DNA of 64,000 bases from an uncultured virus (IMG/VR IMGVR_UViG_3300028883_000045) (IMGVR_UViG_3300028883_000045); one strand, 5' to 3'; shown: positions 1 to 9,688, numbered from the stretch's first letter. The notes: generated by a model from the sequence alone, not told the origin. Translations and numbers: made by a program.

Positions 1-150
1 GCCGACCGGATCGAGGCCGCGCGGCGCGACGCCCTCCGGCGCAGCGAGCGGATCAGTGCCAAGAGGCTGCGTGAGATCGCGGCCAAGAGCACCGGCACGG
101 ACATCGCCCGGGAGGTCAAGCGGCGAGCGTGGAACAAGATCAACGAGCAC

Positions 151-819
151 TTGCCGCAGGGGACCCCGACCTACGACCTGCCGGAGTATGGCGGGCCGCC
201 CTGGGACGAGTACTACACCGAGCGGATCCCGACCAACGAGCCGCGGTTCACCCCGCGGGAGGGGTACACCAACAGCGCCTACTCCGAGGCGACCGAGGGG
301 CTCCAGGACGAGCTGATCGAGAACTACGGGGTTCCGCCCGAGAGCGCGGGCGACGTGGCGTCCAACGTGGTGGACAAGTGGATCAAGATCGTCCGGCCCG
401 AAGAGCAGCCCTCCGAGCCGGCCGCCTACCTGCCCGACGCCACCAGGCCGCAGTTCAAGGTGCATCCCTTCTCGCCGGTCGATTACATGTCCGGGGACTC
501 GATGGCTCAGGGGTTCAGCGGGTACGACGAGGGCGGGAGGGCCTACTTTGGCCAGGTTCCCGTCGTTCACGAAGAGATCATCGAAGAGCAGCTCCCGATT
601 GCCCTTCCCGATAGCGACGCGGGGCATACTCCGATCACCACGCCCGCGGCCGGGGAACTGGAGCAGGCGGTTCGGCAGAAGGACCTGCCGGCCGTGGCGC
701 CCAGCCCGGAAGTGCTCAATGACATCAAGAAGCAGAATGCTGGTCGCAGCGTGGTCCCGCTGGCGGTGGTCGCGGGACTGGGGCTGGTGATCTACGCTAC
801 ACTCAGAAAGCCGAGGTGA
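151..819 (+). CDS. Putative virion membrane protein with C-terminal TM anchor (true start probably upstream)
   Basis: Acidic/Pro-rich body, then VVPLAVVAGLGLVIYATL followed by RKPR. Confidence 0.55.
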   Translation: MPQGTPTYDLPEYGGPPWDEYYTERIPTNEPRFTPREGYTNSAYSEATEGLQDELIENYGVPPESAGDVASNVVDKWIKIVRPEEQPSEPAAYLPDATRPQFKVHPFSPVDYMSGDSMAQGFSGYDEGGRAYFGQVPVVHEEIIEEQLPIALPDSDAGHTPITTPAAGELEQAVRQKDLPAVAPSPEVLNDIKKQNAGRSVVPLAVVAGLGLVIYATLRKPR

Positions 820-822
820 CCG

Positions 823-1113
823 TTGAAAGCCAAGAAGACGAAGCTGAATCTGACCAAAACGGCCTTGGTGCTGAGCGCCGTGGCCGGCGGGGTTTTCCTC
901 GTGGATTACTTCGTGGGCAAACGGATGAAGGCCGCTGAACTCGAGGAAGCCACCAAGCTGAAGCTCGAGGAGCAGAAGGCCGCCGGGGAACCCAAGAATA
1001 CTCTGGTCCAGACCATCCTGAACGACCCCAAGGTGGCCGAGAAGGTCGGCGAACTAGGGGACAAGGCGACGGGAATGGTCAAGGACCTGCTGAGCAAACT
1101 CGGGATCGGTTAG
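823..1113 (+). CDS. Small single-TM membrane protein
   Basis: Basic N-terminus, hydrophobic ALVLSAVAGGVFLVDYFV; tightly packed in operon. Confidence 0.6.
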   Translation: MKAKKTKLNLTKTALVLSAVAGGVFLVDYFVGKRMKAAELEEATKLKLEEQKAAGEPKNTLVQTILNDPKVAEKVGELGDKATGMVKDLLSKLGIG

Positions 1114-1123
1114 GGGTCGAGTC

Positions 1124-1483
1124 ATGGATAGTGGCACCAGGAAAGCTTTGATCTGGGGAGGCGTGGCGGTTGGGGGTTACTTCGCGTGGAAGTGGTGGCA
1201 GTCCCGGCAGCAGCCGGCGGCGGCCCTGCCGCAAGCCGCAGCTCCGCAGCCACAACAGGGCCTCTCCGGCGCGCGTGACCAGTACGACGTCGAGCAGTCC
1301 CCGCGGTGGTACGGTTACGGCCGGACGCAGGACACCATCTCCGACGCGCAGGCGTTCGGGAAAGAGACCGCCCAGACCCAGGGGCAGTCCCCGGGCCCGA
1401 ACATCGCCGTGGGGGACGTTGAAGAGGCGCCCTACGACTTCAGCGACGGCGGCGAGTGGACGGAGGGAGGGGGCGACTTCTGA
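1124..1483 (+). CDS. Small single-TM membrane protein
   Basis: ALIWGGVAVGGYFAWKWW segment; acidic tail. Confidence 0.6.
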   Translation: MDSGTRKALIWGGVAVGGYFAWKWWQSRQQPAAALPQAAAPQPQQGLSGARDQYDVEQSPRWYGYGRTQDTISDAQAFGKETAQTQGQSPGPNIAVGDVEEAPYDFSDGGEWTEGGGDF

Positions 1484-1677
1484 TGGACTGGGAACAGGAG
1501 CTCATCCAGCAGTACGGCCAGACGGCACAGGAGAACCGGATCGATCACTTCAACCGGTATCCTGATGCCGTCCAGGGGTATCTGGATTCCCGCACCAGCG
1601 TGCAGGTCACGAGCGGGCTGCTGCTGGCGGGGGTCCTGGGGGCCGTCTACTTCCTGAACAGGAGCCGAAAGAGATGA
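1483..1677 (+). CDS. Small membrane protein, C-terminal TM
   Basis: ATG at 1483 overlaps upstream stop (TGATG); GLLLAGVLGAVYFL then RSRKR. Confidence 0.6.
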   Translation: MDWEQELIQQYGQTAQENRIDHFNRYPDAVQGYLDSRTSVQVTSGLLLAGVLGAVYFLNRSRKR

Positions 1678-2030
1678 TCGGCCTGCCAGCAGACGACTCG
1701 GATGCCTGGGCCCTCGGGGAAGAGGTCCGCATAGGCGCCCCGGAGATCCAGTCCGACCCCATCGGCGAGGCGGTCGCGACCGGCAAGGTCGACCCCACAC
1801 AGATGGACGAGGCCCGCCGGATACTCGAGACCAAACAGGCGGTAGTGCAGGAGAAGATCAACGCCAAGCCCTGGCCGTGGTCCAAGATCGCGATCGCGGG
1901 CGCGGTGGTCCTGGGGGGAGTTGCGCTACTGGCTCGCCGGCGGCTGACCGGCGGCGGGAGCGCGCGGGCCTCGGCCGGGAAGAAGAAGACCCCGACCTTC
2001 AGGGTGAAGGGCAGCTTGAAGCTGCGATAG
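1674..2030 (+). CDS. Small membrane protein
   Basis: ATGA overlap; IAIAGAVVLGGVALLA then RRR. Confidence 0.6.
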   Translation: MIGLPADDSDAWALGEEVRIGAPEIQSDPIGEAVATGKVDPTQMDEARRILETKQAVVQEKINAKPWPWSKIAIAGAVVLGGVALLARRRLTGGGSARASAGKKKTPTFRVKGSLKLR

Positions 2031-2040
2031 GAGCGTTTCG

Positions 2041-2742
2041 ATGCCCGGAATGGGGATGAACCTTTACGAGCAGGCGCCGAGAACCCTGCAGGGTGATACC
2101 TGGTGGGGTATGGGGTGGACCTGGGAGGACTCGGATGCGCAGCTGGTGCGCGATGCGGCGGTGGAGCTCCTGTCGCAGGTGGACGAGATACGCCGGCTGA
2201 TCCAGCAGATCCCGAATCAGACCACCCGGCCGGATTACGAGAACCGGGTCAATTCGATCGAGTCCATGGCCAAGGCCAAGGTCCAGACCGCCAACACCAC
2301 GGGGTACAAGAACGAGACCGCCTTCAAGGACGTCATGAAGCAGCTGACGGTCTCGGCGCCGACCGAGCTCAACGCCATGCGCCCGTTGATCGTGGCCGAC
2401 CAACAGGACCCCAGCGGCAAGACCTCCGGGAAGCTGGTAGAGTCCCGCCTGGCTCAGATTCAGGCCGAGCAGAAGGCACGGGCTGAGAGCTTCGTGGTGG
2501 ACCCCGTGGGCTCGATCACGCGGACGGCCGAGAGTGTTGGGGGCTCGGTGCGCGACGTGCAGAGCGCTCTGTTCAAGGAGTGGCTCAAGACCATGTGGCC
2601 ATGGTTGCTGGTCGGCGGCGGGGCGCTGGCGACGGTTTACTTCTGGCCCGTGATTTCGCGCTGGTTGATCGCCAAGCGCGCGGCAATGGCTCGCAAGCCG
2701 GGAGATCTTATGGCCGGTACGCAGCATCAGCCTGGAGAGTGA
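2041..2742 (+). CDS. Helical protein with C-terminal TM
   Basis: WPWLLVGGGALATVYFWPVI near the C-terminus. Confidence 0.6.
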   Translation: MPGMGMNLYEQAPRTLQGDTWWGMGWTWEDSDAQLVRDAAVELLSQVDEIRRLIQQIPNQTTRPDYENRVNSIESMAKAKVQTANTTGYKNETAFKDVMKQLTVSAPTELNAMRPLIVADQQDPSGKTSGKLVESRLAQIQAEQKARAESFVVDPVGSITRTAESVGGSVRDVQSALFKEWLKTMWPWLLVGGGALATVYFWPVISRWLIAKRAAMARKPGDLMAGTQHQPGE

Positions 2743-2744
2743 TC

Positions 2745-4646
2745 ATGCCGAAGACCAAGCACCAGCGGGACAAAGAGCGGTGGCTGCGGGAGTTTCGGGC
2801 CGACGTTCACAAGCGGCTGAAGTTCAAGCCCAACCCCAAAGAGATGAAGCAGGCCTGCGACATCGCCCTCAAGTGGGCGCGCAAGGGCAAGAGTCCGAGC
2901 GAAATGGCCGAGAAGGCCTGCGCGGGGAAGCTCACGAACCCGCCCAAGAAGTGGCACAAGAAGCAGGCCCGCAAGTACAAGAAGCGCCTCGCGGCCGACA
3001 CGCGAGAGGGCCACGACGCGGCGGACTACTGGCAGGGGGCAGCGAGCGCCGAGACTGCGGCGCTGGCGTGGCACCGAAACCCAAAAGTCAAGGGTTACGG
3101 TCAGGTGTCCAAGCGCTGGAAGGCTGGGTACGACGCGGCCCGGAAAGATGCCCGCAGGGGCATTCCTCCTAAGCGGGAAACCAGCTGGGGCGATAAGGGC
3201 TATGCCGGCGGATACACCGTGGGCTATACCGAAGAGCGGCAGCGCCAGTGGGGTAAGGTGATGCGCGGTGCAGGGTATCGCTTCAACCCCTCTCGCGAGT
3301 ACCATCAGCTGGCGCGAGACATCTATAACGACAGAGCCGTCGCTGCCGAACTCCAGGCGCATAGCACGCCCGGCAAGTACGAGCAGTTTCTTCACTGGGA
3401 GGGTGCCGCGACCGCCGAAGAGCGGGCGCTGGGACAAGATCCCCGAGAACACTATGGGGAGCTGTCGGATGGAGAGCGCAGTGTGCTCCGAAAAGCCCGC
3501 ATGCGCCGCAACCCTGATAACCGGCGTCCATGGTACTGGGAATGCGAAGAGTGTGGGTTCATCACCCCGCGCAGCCCCAGAAGCAAAGCGCGCGACCTGG
3601 GGCCCTGCTGCAGGTGTGGTTCGACTGCCTGGAGGAAGGGCACCCGGGCAAAGTCTCCCGGGGGCGGCAGGCCTGAGATGCGCCGCAACCCCCTCATGAT
3701 GATCATGGAGAACCCGGGGGAGTTCTTCCCCGAGGCCCTGCTGAGCGTGGTTGACATGGCTCCAGGGAACACTGATTACGCCAAGTGGCATGGCCTGACG
3801 GAAGACCAGATCGTGAACCTCTACAATCTCGCCATGCAGGATCGGCTCTGGGGGAGCTCCAAGAAGCTTCGGGCCAAGATCAACAGGTATGCTGCGCACC
3901 ATGGCGGCACGGTGAAGCACGCCTGGCACAAGTTCAGCGCTTCGGAGATCGGCGAGATCCTGAACGATGCCCGATACGAAGTGGCTCACTCGATCCGCGT
4001 TCGCAAGAATCCTGGCCGTCGCCGCATGCGCCGCAATTCTGTCGACGTCGAGAGCGAAGACGAACGCAGGTGGGAGGAGTATCAGGACCGCCTAGAAGCT
4101 CAGGCCCGCTCCGAGCTGGCCAACAAGTACGGTAAACACGCAACCATTTTCGTACACGAGGACGGCTCTTTAGAGGTCTACCCCAGCAAGGGTTCCAGGT
4201 CCGCAGTCAACATACCGGGCTACGCCGAGCCCTACGTTCCATACGAAGGCAATCCGAGAAGGAGGGTCGCTGGCAACTCCCGCCGCTCCCGCATGCGCCG
4301 CAATTACCCCGCGCCTCGCATCCTTACGGATGTCACCACCGAGAACTACTTCGACGTGGCCGACGGGCTGTACTGGTTCTGCATGGAGTGGCACTCCGGC
4401 CAGGGCTCGCGGCTCTACGCGGTTGGCAGCAACCTGGGCTTCAGGCCGGCGCCCAGCGCCCGCGGCCCCGAGGGGGAGACAGCCCGCGAGGTCTACGACG
4501 AGCTCAACCAGATGGCAGAGACCAACTACAAGGACGCCGAAGATGAGGCCGAGCGACTCGCCAGAGCCGTGAAGCGTTCCTACGTGATGACCAGCAACCC
4601 GAGAAGGCGCGGCGCTCGCAGGCCCCGTGTGCGCAGGAGACGATAA
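2745..4646 (+). CDS. Basic modular polyprotein with 10 xxNP motifs and a Zn-ribbon module
   Basis: ATG at 2745 just after upstream stop; KPNP, LTNP, HRNP, RFNP, RRNP x2, MENP, RKNP, EGNP, TSNP separate distinct modules; CEECG...CRCG. Confidence 0.7.
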   Translation: MPKTKHQRDKERWLREFRADVHKRLKFKPNPKEMKQACDIALKWARKGKSPSEMAEKACAGKLTNPPKKWHKKQARKYKKRLAADTREGHDAADYWQGAASAETAALAWHRNPKVKGYGQVSKRWKAGYDAARKDARRGIPPKRETSWGDKGYAGGYTVGYTEERQRQWGKVMRGAGYRFNPSREYHQLARDIYNDRAVAAELQAHSTPGKYEQFLHWEGAATAEERALGQDPREHYGELSDGERSVLRKARMRRNPDNRRPWYWECEECGFITPRSPRSKARDLGPCCRCGSTAWRKGTRAKSPGGGRPEMRRNPLMMIMENPGEFFPEALLSVVDMAPGNTDYAKWHGLTEDQIVNLYNLAMQDRLWGSSKKLRAKINRYAAHHGGTVKHAWHKFSASEIGEILNDARYEVAHSIRVRKNPGRRRMRRNSVDVESEDERRWEEYQDRLEAQARSELANKYGKHATIFVHEDGSLEVYPSKGSRSAVNIPGYAEPYVPYEGNPRRRVAGNSRRSRMRRNYPAPRILTDVTTENYFDVADGLYWFCMEWHSGQGSRLYAVGSNLGFRPAPSARGPEGETAREVYDELNQMAETNYKDAEDEAERLARAVKRSYVMTSNPRRRGARRPRVRRRR

Positions 4647-4648
4647 TC

Positions 4649-5428
4649 ATGCCCTGTTCGTTCTGCGGTGGAGATGGCGAGTACATCGGCTCACTGGGGT
4701 CCGTTGACTGGTACCGCTGTCGCAACTGCGGCGCACAATTCATGCACGAGGTTCGCCGCAGGGCGCGTCGCCGGGCGAGAAAAACGCGCATGGAGGAGAA
4801 CCCCCTTCCCGAAAATGCCTTCAAGGGCAGAGCCAAAGATCGCAGGATACTGGCTCACCGCGCAAAAAAGAGCGGGGTTAAATCCATTCCGCCGAGAAAC
4901 TTCAGCAATAGCGGCCTTGTAGCTGCTAACCGGGAAGCCGAGATCAGAGAAGACGAGAACTGGGCGGGCCGGCTCGAGCGGGAATACATTCGCCGAGGCC
5001 TCAAGACAAATCCCCGCCGTCGTGGCCGCGGTCGCCGCAACCCCGGCCCCTCCGACGCCGAGATCCGCGCTGCCGAGAAGATCAAGGGGGTCGAGCCCTG
5101 GATGTTCGACCACGAGGAGTTCTGGACGGCGCTGCGCAAGTACAAGGAGTTCCACGGGAAGTACCCCGACAAGATTCAGGGTAAGCAGGTTCCCGGCGTC
5201 AAAGACGAGAGCTTCCTCGTCGGCATGGGCAAGGCGATGGACGTGACCTACAAGCCCACCGACAAGAAAAGCTCCAAGTACGGGAGTGCGTACATCCACG
5301 AGTTCTGCGACAACCTGAGTCGCAAGCCAAAAGACTCCGAGCTCCCCGATCGCGCCTGCAGCGCGGACGGGAAAACGATCGTTACGTACGGGGGGAAGTT
5401 TGGAGTCCGGGACTGGGTCAGGGGCTAG
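4649..5428 (+). CDS. NP-motif protein: N-terminal Zn ribbon, basic linkers, globular C-terminal domain
   Basis: CSFC...CRNC; EENP, KTNP, RRNP; C-terminal YKEFHG...YIHEF...GGKF domain. Confidence 0.65.
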   Translation: MPCSFCGGDGEYIGSLGSVDWYRCRNCGAQFMHEVRRRARRRARKTRMEENPLPENAFKGRAKDRRILAHRAKKSGVKSIPPRNFSNSGLVAANREAEIREDENWAGRLEREYIRRGLKTNPRRRGRGRRNPGPSDAEIRAAEKIKGVEPWMFDHEEFWTALRKYKEFHGKYPDKIQGKQVPGVKDESFLVGMGKAMDVTYKPTDKKSSKYGSAYIHEFCDNLSRKPKDSELPDRACSADGKTIVTYGGKFGVRDWVRG

Positions 5429-5511
5429 TGCTTGGAGCTGATTTTCGGGGCGATCCTGCTGGTCTTGATCTACCTGATAGCCCGGCAGGCACGAAAGGAC
5501 CGAGGTGACTG

Positions 5512-5694
5512 ATGCCACGAGGCGACGGAACTGGACCTTACTGGGGCGGCGGACCCCGCTCGGGTCTCCAGCGCGGAGACTGCCTGGGTAACTACGGCCT
5601 GGGGGCAATACCCTGGTGGGCGTGGGCGATGATGGGCGTGGGTACCCTGCTCATCATTCGCAGCTACGGGAGGAAACCGGCATGGCTGAAGTAG
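5512..5694 (+). CDS. Small membrane protein with DUF5320-like N-terminus
   Basis: MPRGDGTGP..GGP..G...GDC motif, then TM IPWWAWAMMGVGTLLII. Confidence 0.5.
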   Translation: MPRGDGTGPYWGGGPRSGLQRGDCLGNYGLGAIPWWAWAMMGVGTLLIIRSYGRKPAWLK

Positions 5695-5837
5695 AAGAGC
5701 TCGCCCCCCGCGCGTGGGGCTCGAAGGCCGGGGAGATCGCGATCAACAAGGTCAACTGGCCGCTGATCGCCTTGGGGGCGATCGGCGTACTGGCCTTGGC
5801 AAACCTGATGATCTACCTCAAGAAGAACGGGAGCTGA
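5682..5837 (+). CDS. Small membrane protein
   Basis: GGAGG upstream of ATG 5682; WPLIALGAIGVLALANLMIYL then KK. Confidence 0.55.
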   Translation: MAEVEELAPRAWGSKAGEIAINKVNWPLIALGAIGVLALANLMIYLKKNGS

Positions 5838-5840
5838 GAG

Positions 5841-6197
5841 ATGGATATCCTTTCGTCGATGAGCAACAAGAGCTTCCTCGAGAACCTGGGGGACCTCACG
5901 AAGAACACCGTGAACTCTTTGCTGCTCAAGGTCCCCGAGATCGGGGTTTCGGCCCTGACCAATCTGGTTCAGGACAAGCTGGTCGACAGCAAGAGCCGTG
6001 TCGAGTCGAAGAGCAGCAGCAGCAGCAGCAGCAAGACGACCAAGGCTGCCCCGGCGACCTCGACGACGACCCGAGAGATCGTCATGGTCCCCAAGGGATC
6101 CGACTGGAAGACCTACGCTCCGTGGGTCCTCGGTGGTGGGGCGGCACTGGCCGCCGGCTACTACGTGATGTCCCAGCGGAAGAAGCGCCGCCGGTAG
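5841..6197 (+). CDS. Small membrane protein with Ser/Thr-rich linker
   Basis: (AGC)n poly-Ser; WVLGGGAALAAGYYVM then RKKRRR. Confidence 0.6.
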   Translation: MDILSSMSNKSFLENLGDLTKNTVNSLLLKVPEIGVSALTNLVQDKLVDSKSRVESKSSSSSSSKTTKAAPATSTTTREIVMVPKGSDWKTYAPWVLGGGAALAAGYYVMSQRKKRRR

Positions 6198-6213
6198 ACG
6201 GGAGCCCTGAATC

Positions 6214-7494
6214 GTGGGCAGCTGGATCAAGGACGGGACCTACCCGTTCGCAGAGGTCTACGATACCGACTACAAGCCGGAGGGGGCTGAGAGCACCGCC
6301 GAGCAGATAATCAAGCAGGCGTGGCCCCAGTTCGTTGCGATCCTGGAGTCGGGTGCCCGAGCTGTGGGCGTGGGTCCCGAGCAGATCAGCATCCATCGTG
6401 AATATGAGCGCCCGGAGAAGCTCACATATCACGAGGGGCTCTACGCTTCCGGCATCACGGCCAAGCACGGGGTGACCCTCTCCGGATCCGAGATCAACGT
6501 CGAGCAGCTGATCAAAGAGGGCGCCGAGCAGGCGGCCAAGGACGCGGTGGTCGAGGGGCTGGTTGCGACGTTCCCGGGTCTGGCCCCCGGCGCGGGGGCC
6601 ATCAAGGCGGGGATCAAGCTGGTCGAGAACCGCGACTGGCTCAAGACCCCGGCCGGCCGGCTGCAGGCGGGATTCATGATCGCCAGCACCATCCCCGTGA
6701 TCAACATCTTCGTGGGCCCCGCTCAGTTGGCCCTGGCCGCCAAGAGTTTTATCGACGCGCAGAAGGCCGTCGAGGAGGCTAAGAAAGAGGCCAAGCGCGC
6801 CGAAGAGTTCGTCAAGATGGTCCGTTCGTACATCGACGCGGCGATCCCCGAGGCCAAGGGCCTGGCCATCGCGCTCGCCGAGCGGGGCTATGAAGTCATG
6901 GCCCAGCCCTCGGGAGACTTCGCAAACCGGCTCTGGCAGCACTATCACGAGCTGGTGTACACCAAGATCCGCGACATCAACGAACAGATCAAGAAGGAGA
7001 AGGCCGAGTTCCTGCTCAAGGGCGGCCTGAAGCGCATCGTGTCCTCTACGGGCGAAGCCGGGGGCCTGTCGCCCTACAGCCAGGGCAGCGGCGCGGACTG
7101 GACCATGCAGTTCGAACCCCGCAAGCTTGAGTTTGGCCGCAAACAGAACCTCCAGCTGTTCCTGCAGCTTGCCCGTGACATGCGGAAGTTGCGGGAGGCG
7201 ATCGAGAAGGGGATCTCCGCGAAGGGGTCCATCGCCAAGGTGGCCTCGGAGGTTTCCGGGGAGATAATGGGCCTGGTCGCGCAGATCCTCGCGAAGGACC
7301 CGACCATCCCGTACCAGAGCGCCGTGAACATGGCCGCGGGCATCGCCCGCGGCACCCGCGAGCCCCTGAGCCAGCCGGAGCAGCAGGTGATCGGTGCCAA
7401 GGTCGCCGAGAAGGTGGAAGCAGTCCGGGTCAACGACAACAAGATCTCGGTCGGGCTGATGGCCGCCCTTACGGTGCTGAGGTTCCTGAAATGA
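6214..7494 (+). CDS. Helical Ala-rich putative virion protein
   Basis: 426-aa ORF in the structural operon with internal and C-terminal hydrophobic segments. Confidence 0.55.
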   Translation: MGSWIKDGTYPFAEVYDTDYKPEGAESTAEQIIKQAWPQFVAILESGARAVGVGPEQISIHREYERPEKLTYHEGLYASGITAKHGVTLSGSEINVEQLIKEGAEQAAKDAVVEGLVATFPGLAPGAGAIKAGIKLVENRDWLKTPAGRLQAGFMIASTIPVINIFVGPAQLALAAKSFIDAQKAVEEAKKEAKRAEEFVKMVRSYIDAAIPEAKGLAIALAERGYEVMAQPSGDFANRLWQHYHELVYTKIRDINEQIKKEKAEFLLKGGLKRIVSSTGEAGGLSPYSQGSGADWTMQFEPRKLEFGRKQNLQLFLQLARDMRKLREAIEKGISAKGSIAKVASEVSGEIMGLVAQILAKDPTIPYQSAVNMAAGIARGTREPLSQPEQQVIGAKVAEKVEAVRVNDNKISVGLMAALTVLRFLK

Positions 7495-8387
7495 TTTTCG
7501 CGCTGAACGGGCGAACGATGGGGGCCTACCTGGGCGACATCAGCCTCTCCAGCCTCAAGAAAGAGCGCAAGAAGCTCAAGAGTCGCTTGAGGGAAGAAGA
7601 GAACCTTTCGTTTGCGGATCCCAAGCGTGCCAAGGCGCTGCGCGCCAGCATCAGGCAGCTGGACGAGCAGATTCGCAACTACGAGCAGTACACCCCCACT
7701 GAGCGGGAGGTCCAGCGCGACAGGCGCCAGGCCAATCAGTCTCGGGCCAGCATCACGCGCACGACTCCGGTCAAGAACGTTCAGAGCATCAAGAGCCAGC
7801 TGCGACGCCACAGGATCGAGTACCAGAAGGCCATCAAGGAAATGCCGGCCGCGGAGAAAGACCAGATCCTGATGCGGGAGAACGAGGCTTATCGCAGCAT
7901 GGCCGGCGACGTGCCCGCTCACATACGTGAGTACATGCTCGAGAACAAGGTCTACTCCGATCAGATTTACCGGGCCATGAACGTTCCCGGCGCGAAGGTG
8001 GACTCTCCGCTCTGGCAGATGTACAAGGACCGGGCCCGCAAGGTTAAAACCCAGCTGCGCCAGGCCGAGCAGTACCTCGAGCGGCAGGCGGTCACACCCT
8101 ACGTACCCCCGTCCCTCATGGACATCTACAGACAGGTAGGGAACCGCGTTGCCGAGAACAACCCCGGTTATGGCGAGCAGGAAGTTCAGCAGTCGGTTGC
8201 CAGGTACGTGGCCGGCAAGGCGGCCGGCGGCGGGGCGCAGTTCGGTCCCCCGTCAGCGCCCGGAGGGCAGGCGGTCGAAAGCAGCTACGCAACGGCCGAG
8301 GCGCCGCAGGAGAAGAAGAGCGACCTGCCGGGCTGGCTGGTGCCCATTGCGGCGGCGGGGCTGATACTCCTGGGAGCGGGCGGATGA
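7491..8387 (+). CDS. Coiled-coil protein with C-terminal TM
   Basis: ATGA overlap; charged helical body; WLVPIAAAGLILLG terminus. Confidence 0.6.
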   Translation: MIFALNGRTMGAYLGDISLSSLKKERKKLKSRLREEENLSFADPKRAKALRASIRQLDEQIRNYEQYTPTEREVQRDRRQANQSRASITRTTPVKNVQSIKSQLRRHRIEYQKAIKEMPAAEKDQILMRENEAYRSMAGDVPAHIREYMLENKVYSDQIYRAMNVPGAKVDSPLWQMYKDRARKVKTQLRQAEQYLERQAVTPYVPPSLMDIYRQVGNRVAENNPGYGEQEVQQSVARYVAGKAAGGGAQFGPPSAPGGQAVESSYATAEAPQEKKSDLPGWLVPIAAAGLILLGAGG

Positions 8388-9490
8388 TTTACGCGGTTTA
8401 TCACGAGGGGCCGGGGGAGTGGCGGTTGTGTGTTCTGGAACCGGGGATAGCGGATGAACAGCTACTGATCAGGAATCTCGGAGATTCCGAACACGAGATT
8501 ATAGATAGCCAAGATCTGATCTCCCTGATGAGCTACGACAGCCAGGGTGCGACCCGGGTTTATCCGTTCGCGGAAGTGACCGCGCTTGATGAAAGCATGG
8601 TCCACCCTCGTTACGCTTATGCGGCCAATGTCAAGCTTCCGCCGCTGGACGTTGAACTTCAGTCCGGATACGACATGGCGCGCCGTCGGCTGGAATACCT
8701 GCGCAACGAACACTTGACCGTCACGACCCTGCGTGGCGCAGCTATCTTTTCCGCCTTGAGCGCCAGGCTGGGCAACGGGCTTTGCGAGCGGTCCTTCTAC
8801 GAGATGTGGCCATATATTCAGAGTGGCGAGATAATCGATATGCCGCACCAGGAGGTTGTCGACCTGATACCTCCGCAGAAACCCGGAAGAGAGAGCTTCG
8901 TAAGGCTCACGATTCCCAGTCTCTGGCGCTGGTGCGAAGAGATCGAGCCGGTAATCAATTCCGGACTGAGAGATCGCCCGCTACGCCGAACCTTGGCACT
9001 GGAAGTCGGAGTGGCGCGTGGACTGGGACTTGCGAAGCTAAGCTTCTTCCTCGAGATATTGGGAAATGACGTGGGCTGCCTGGACTCGCACATGCTTGCG
9101 GTCATGGCTGGTAGCGTGAAAGAGGGGAACCGTGTAGCTAGTAGCTTCACGGGTCGCCGCAAGCCTCGCGGATGGACCAGTGAGTTTCTGCCCATGTCCG
9201 AGGCAGCTCTCAAGCGATACGAGAAATGGGAGCGTAAGCTTTGCGCCGGGAACCCGTACTATGATCCTCGGGATGAGATGAAGATCGCCAGATGCCAGTG
9301 GATGTCGTGGGAGCACATTCGGCGTGAATCTACGGAGCACGATTCCGTCCTGGCGACCCTCGAAGCTCACATGATGGGCGAGGAAGAAGTCCCTGAACTG
9401 GCGGGGAAGCTGGTGGGACTCAAGGCTCATGCAAAGTTCATATGGCGTACGAGGGGTTCTTCCTGGAGAAAGAAGAGTAGCGGAGCCTAA
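8384..9490 (+). CDS. Helix-hairpin-helix DNA glycosylase-like protein
   Basis: GLGLAKLSFFLEILGNDVGCLDSHM resembles the HhH-Lys...Asp signature of OGG/EndoIII-superfamily glycosylases; visibly lower GC than flanks. Confidence 0.5.
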   Translation: MIYAVYHEGPGEWRLCVLEPGIADEQLLIRNLGDSEHEIIDSQDLISLMSYDSQGATRVYPFAEVTALDESMVHPRYAYAANVKLPPLDVELQSGYDMARRRLEYLRNEHLTVTTLRGAAIFSALSARLGNGLCERSFYEMWPYIQSGEIIDMPHQEVVDLIPPQKPGRESFVRLTIPSLWRWCEEIEPVINSGLRDRPLRRTLALEVGVARGLGLAKLSFFLEILGNDVGCLDSHMLAVMAGSVKEGNRVASSFTGRRKPRGWTSEFLPMSEAALKRYEKWERKLCAGNPYYDPRDEMKIARCQWMSWEHIRRESTEHDSVLATLEAHMMGEEEVPELAGKLVGLKAHAKFIWRTRGSSWRKKSSGA

Positions 9491-9519
9491 TGGGCTACGC
9501 AGAAAAACCTGAAATAGTG

Positions 9520-9548
9520 TTGACTCGGGTGCACATCGTGACCATAAT
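9520..9548 (+). promoter_or_regulatory. Sigma70-like promoter upstream of the core/capsid operon
   Basis: TTGACT-17 nt-CATAAT. Confidence 0.65.
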
Positions 9549-9617
9549 GTAGTTGTAGTAGACATCAGCATACTTCCCGGCAGAGGCCCTTAGAGCCCAA
9601 ACCCGGGACCGCGTGTA

Positions 9618-9661
9618 AAGGCGGTCGAGGAGCACAAAGCTCCCCGGCCGCCTTCTTTTTT
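9618..9661 (+). terminator. Intrinsic terminator-like hairpin in the leader of the core gene
   Basis: AAGGCGGTCGAGGAGC/GCTCCCCGGCCGCCTT stem followed by CTTTTTT. Confidence 0.55.
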
Positions 9662-9688
9662 GTCGGTTGCCCAGAAAGGAGGTTGCGG

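Noticed and set aside
6010..6032. (AGC)n microsatellite as a phase-variation switch
   Set aside because: In-frame trinucleotide repeat encoding a poly-Ser linker; it cannot shift frame.
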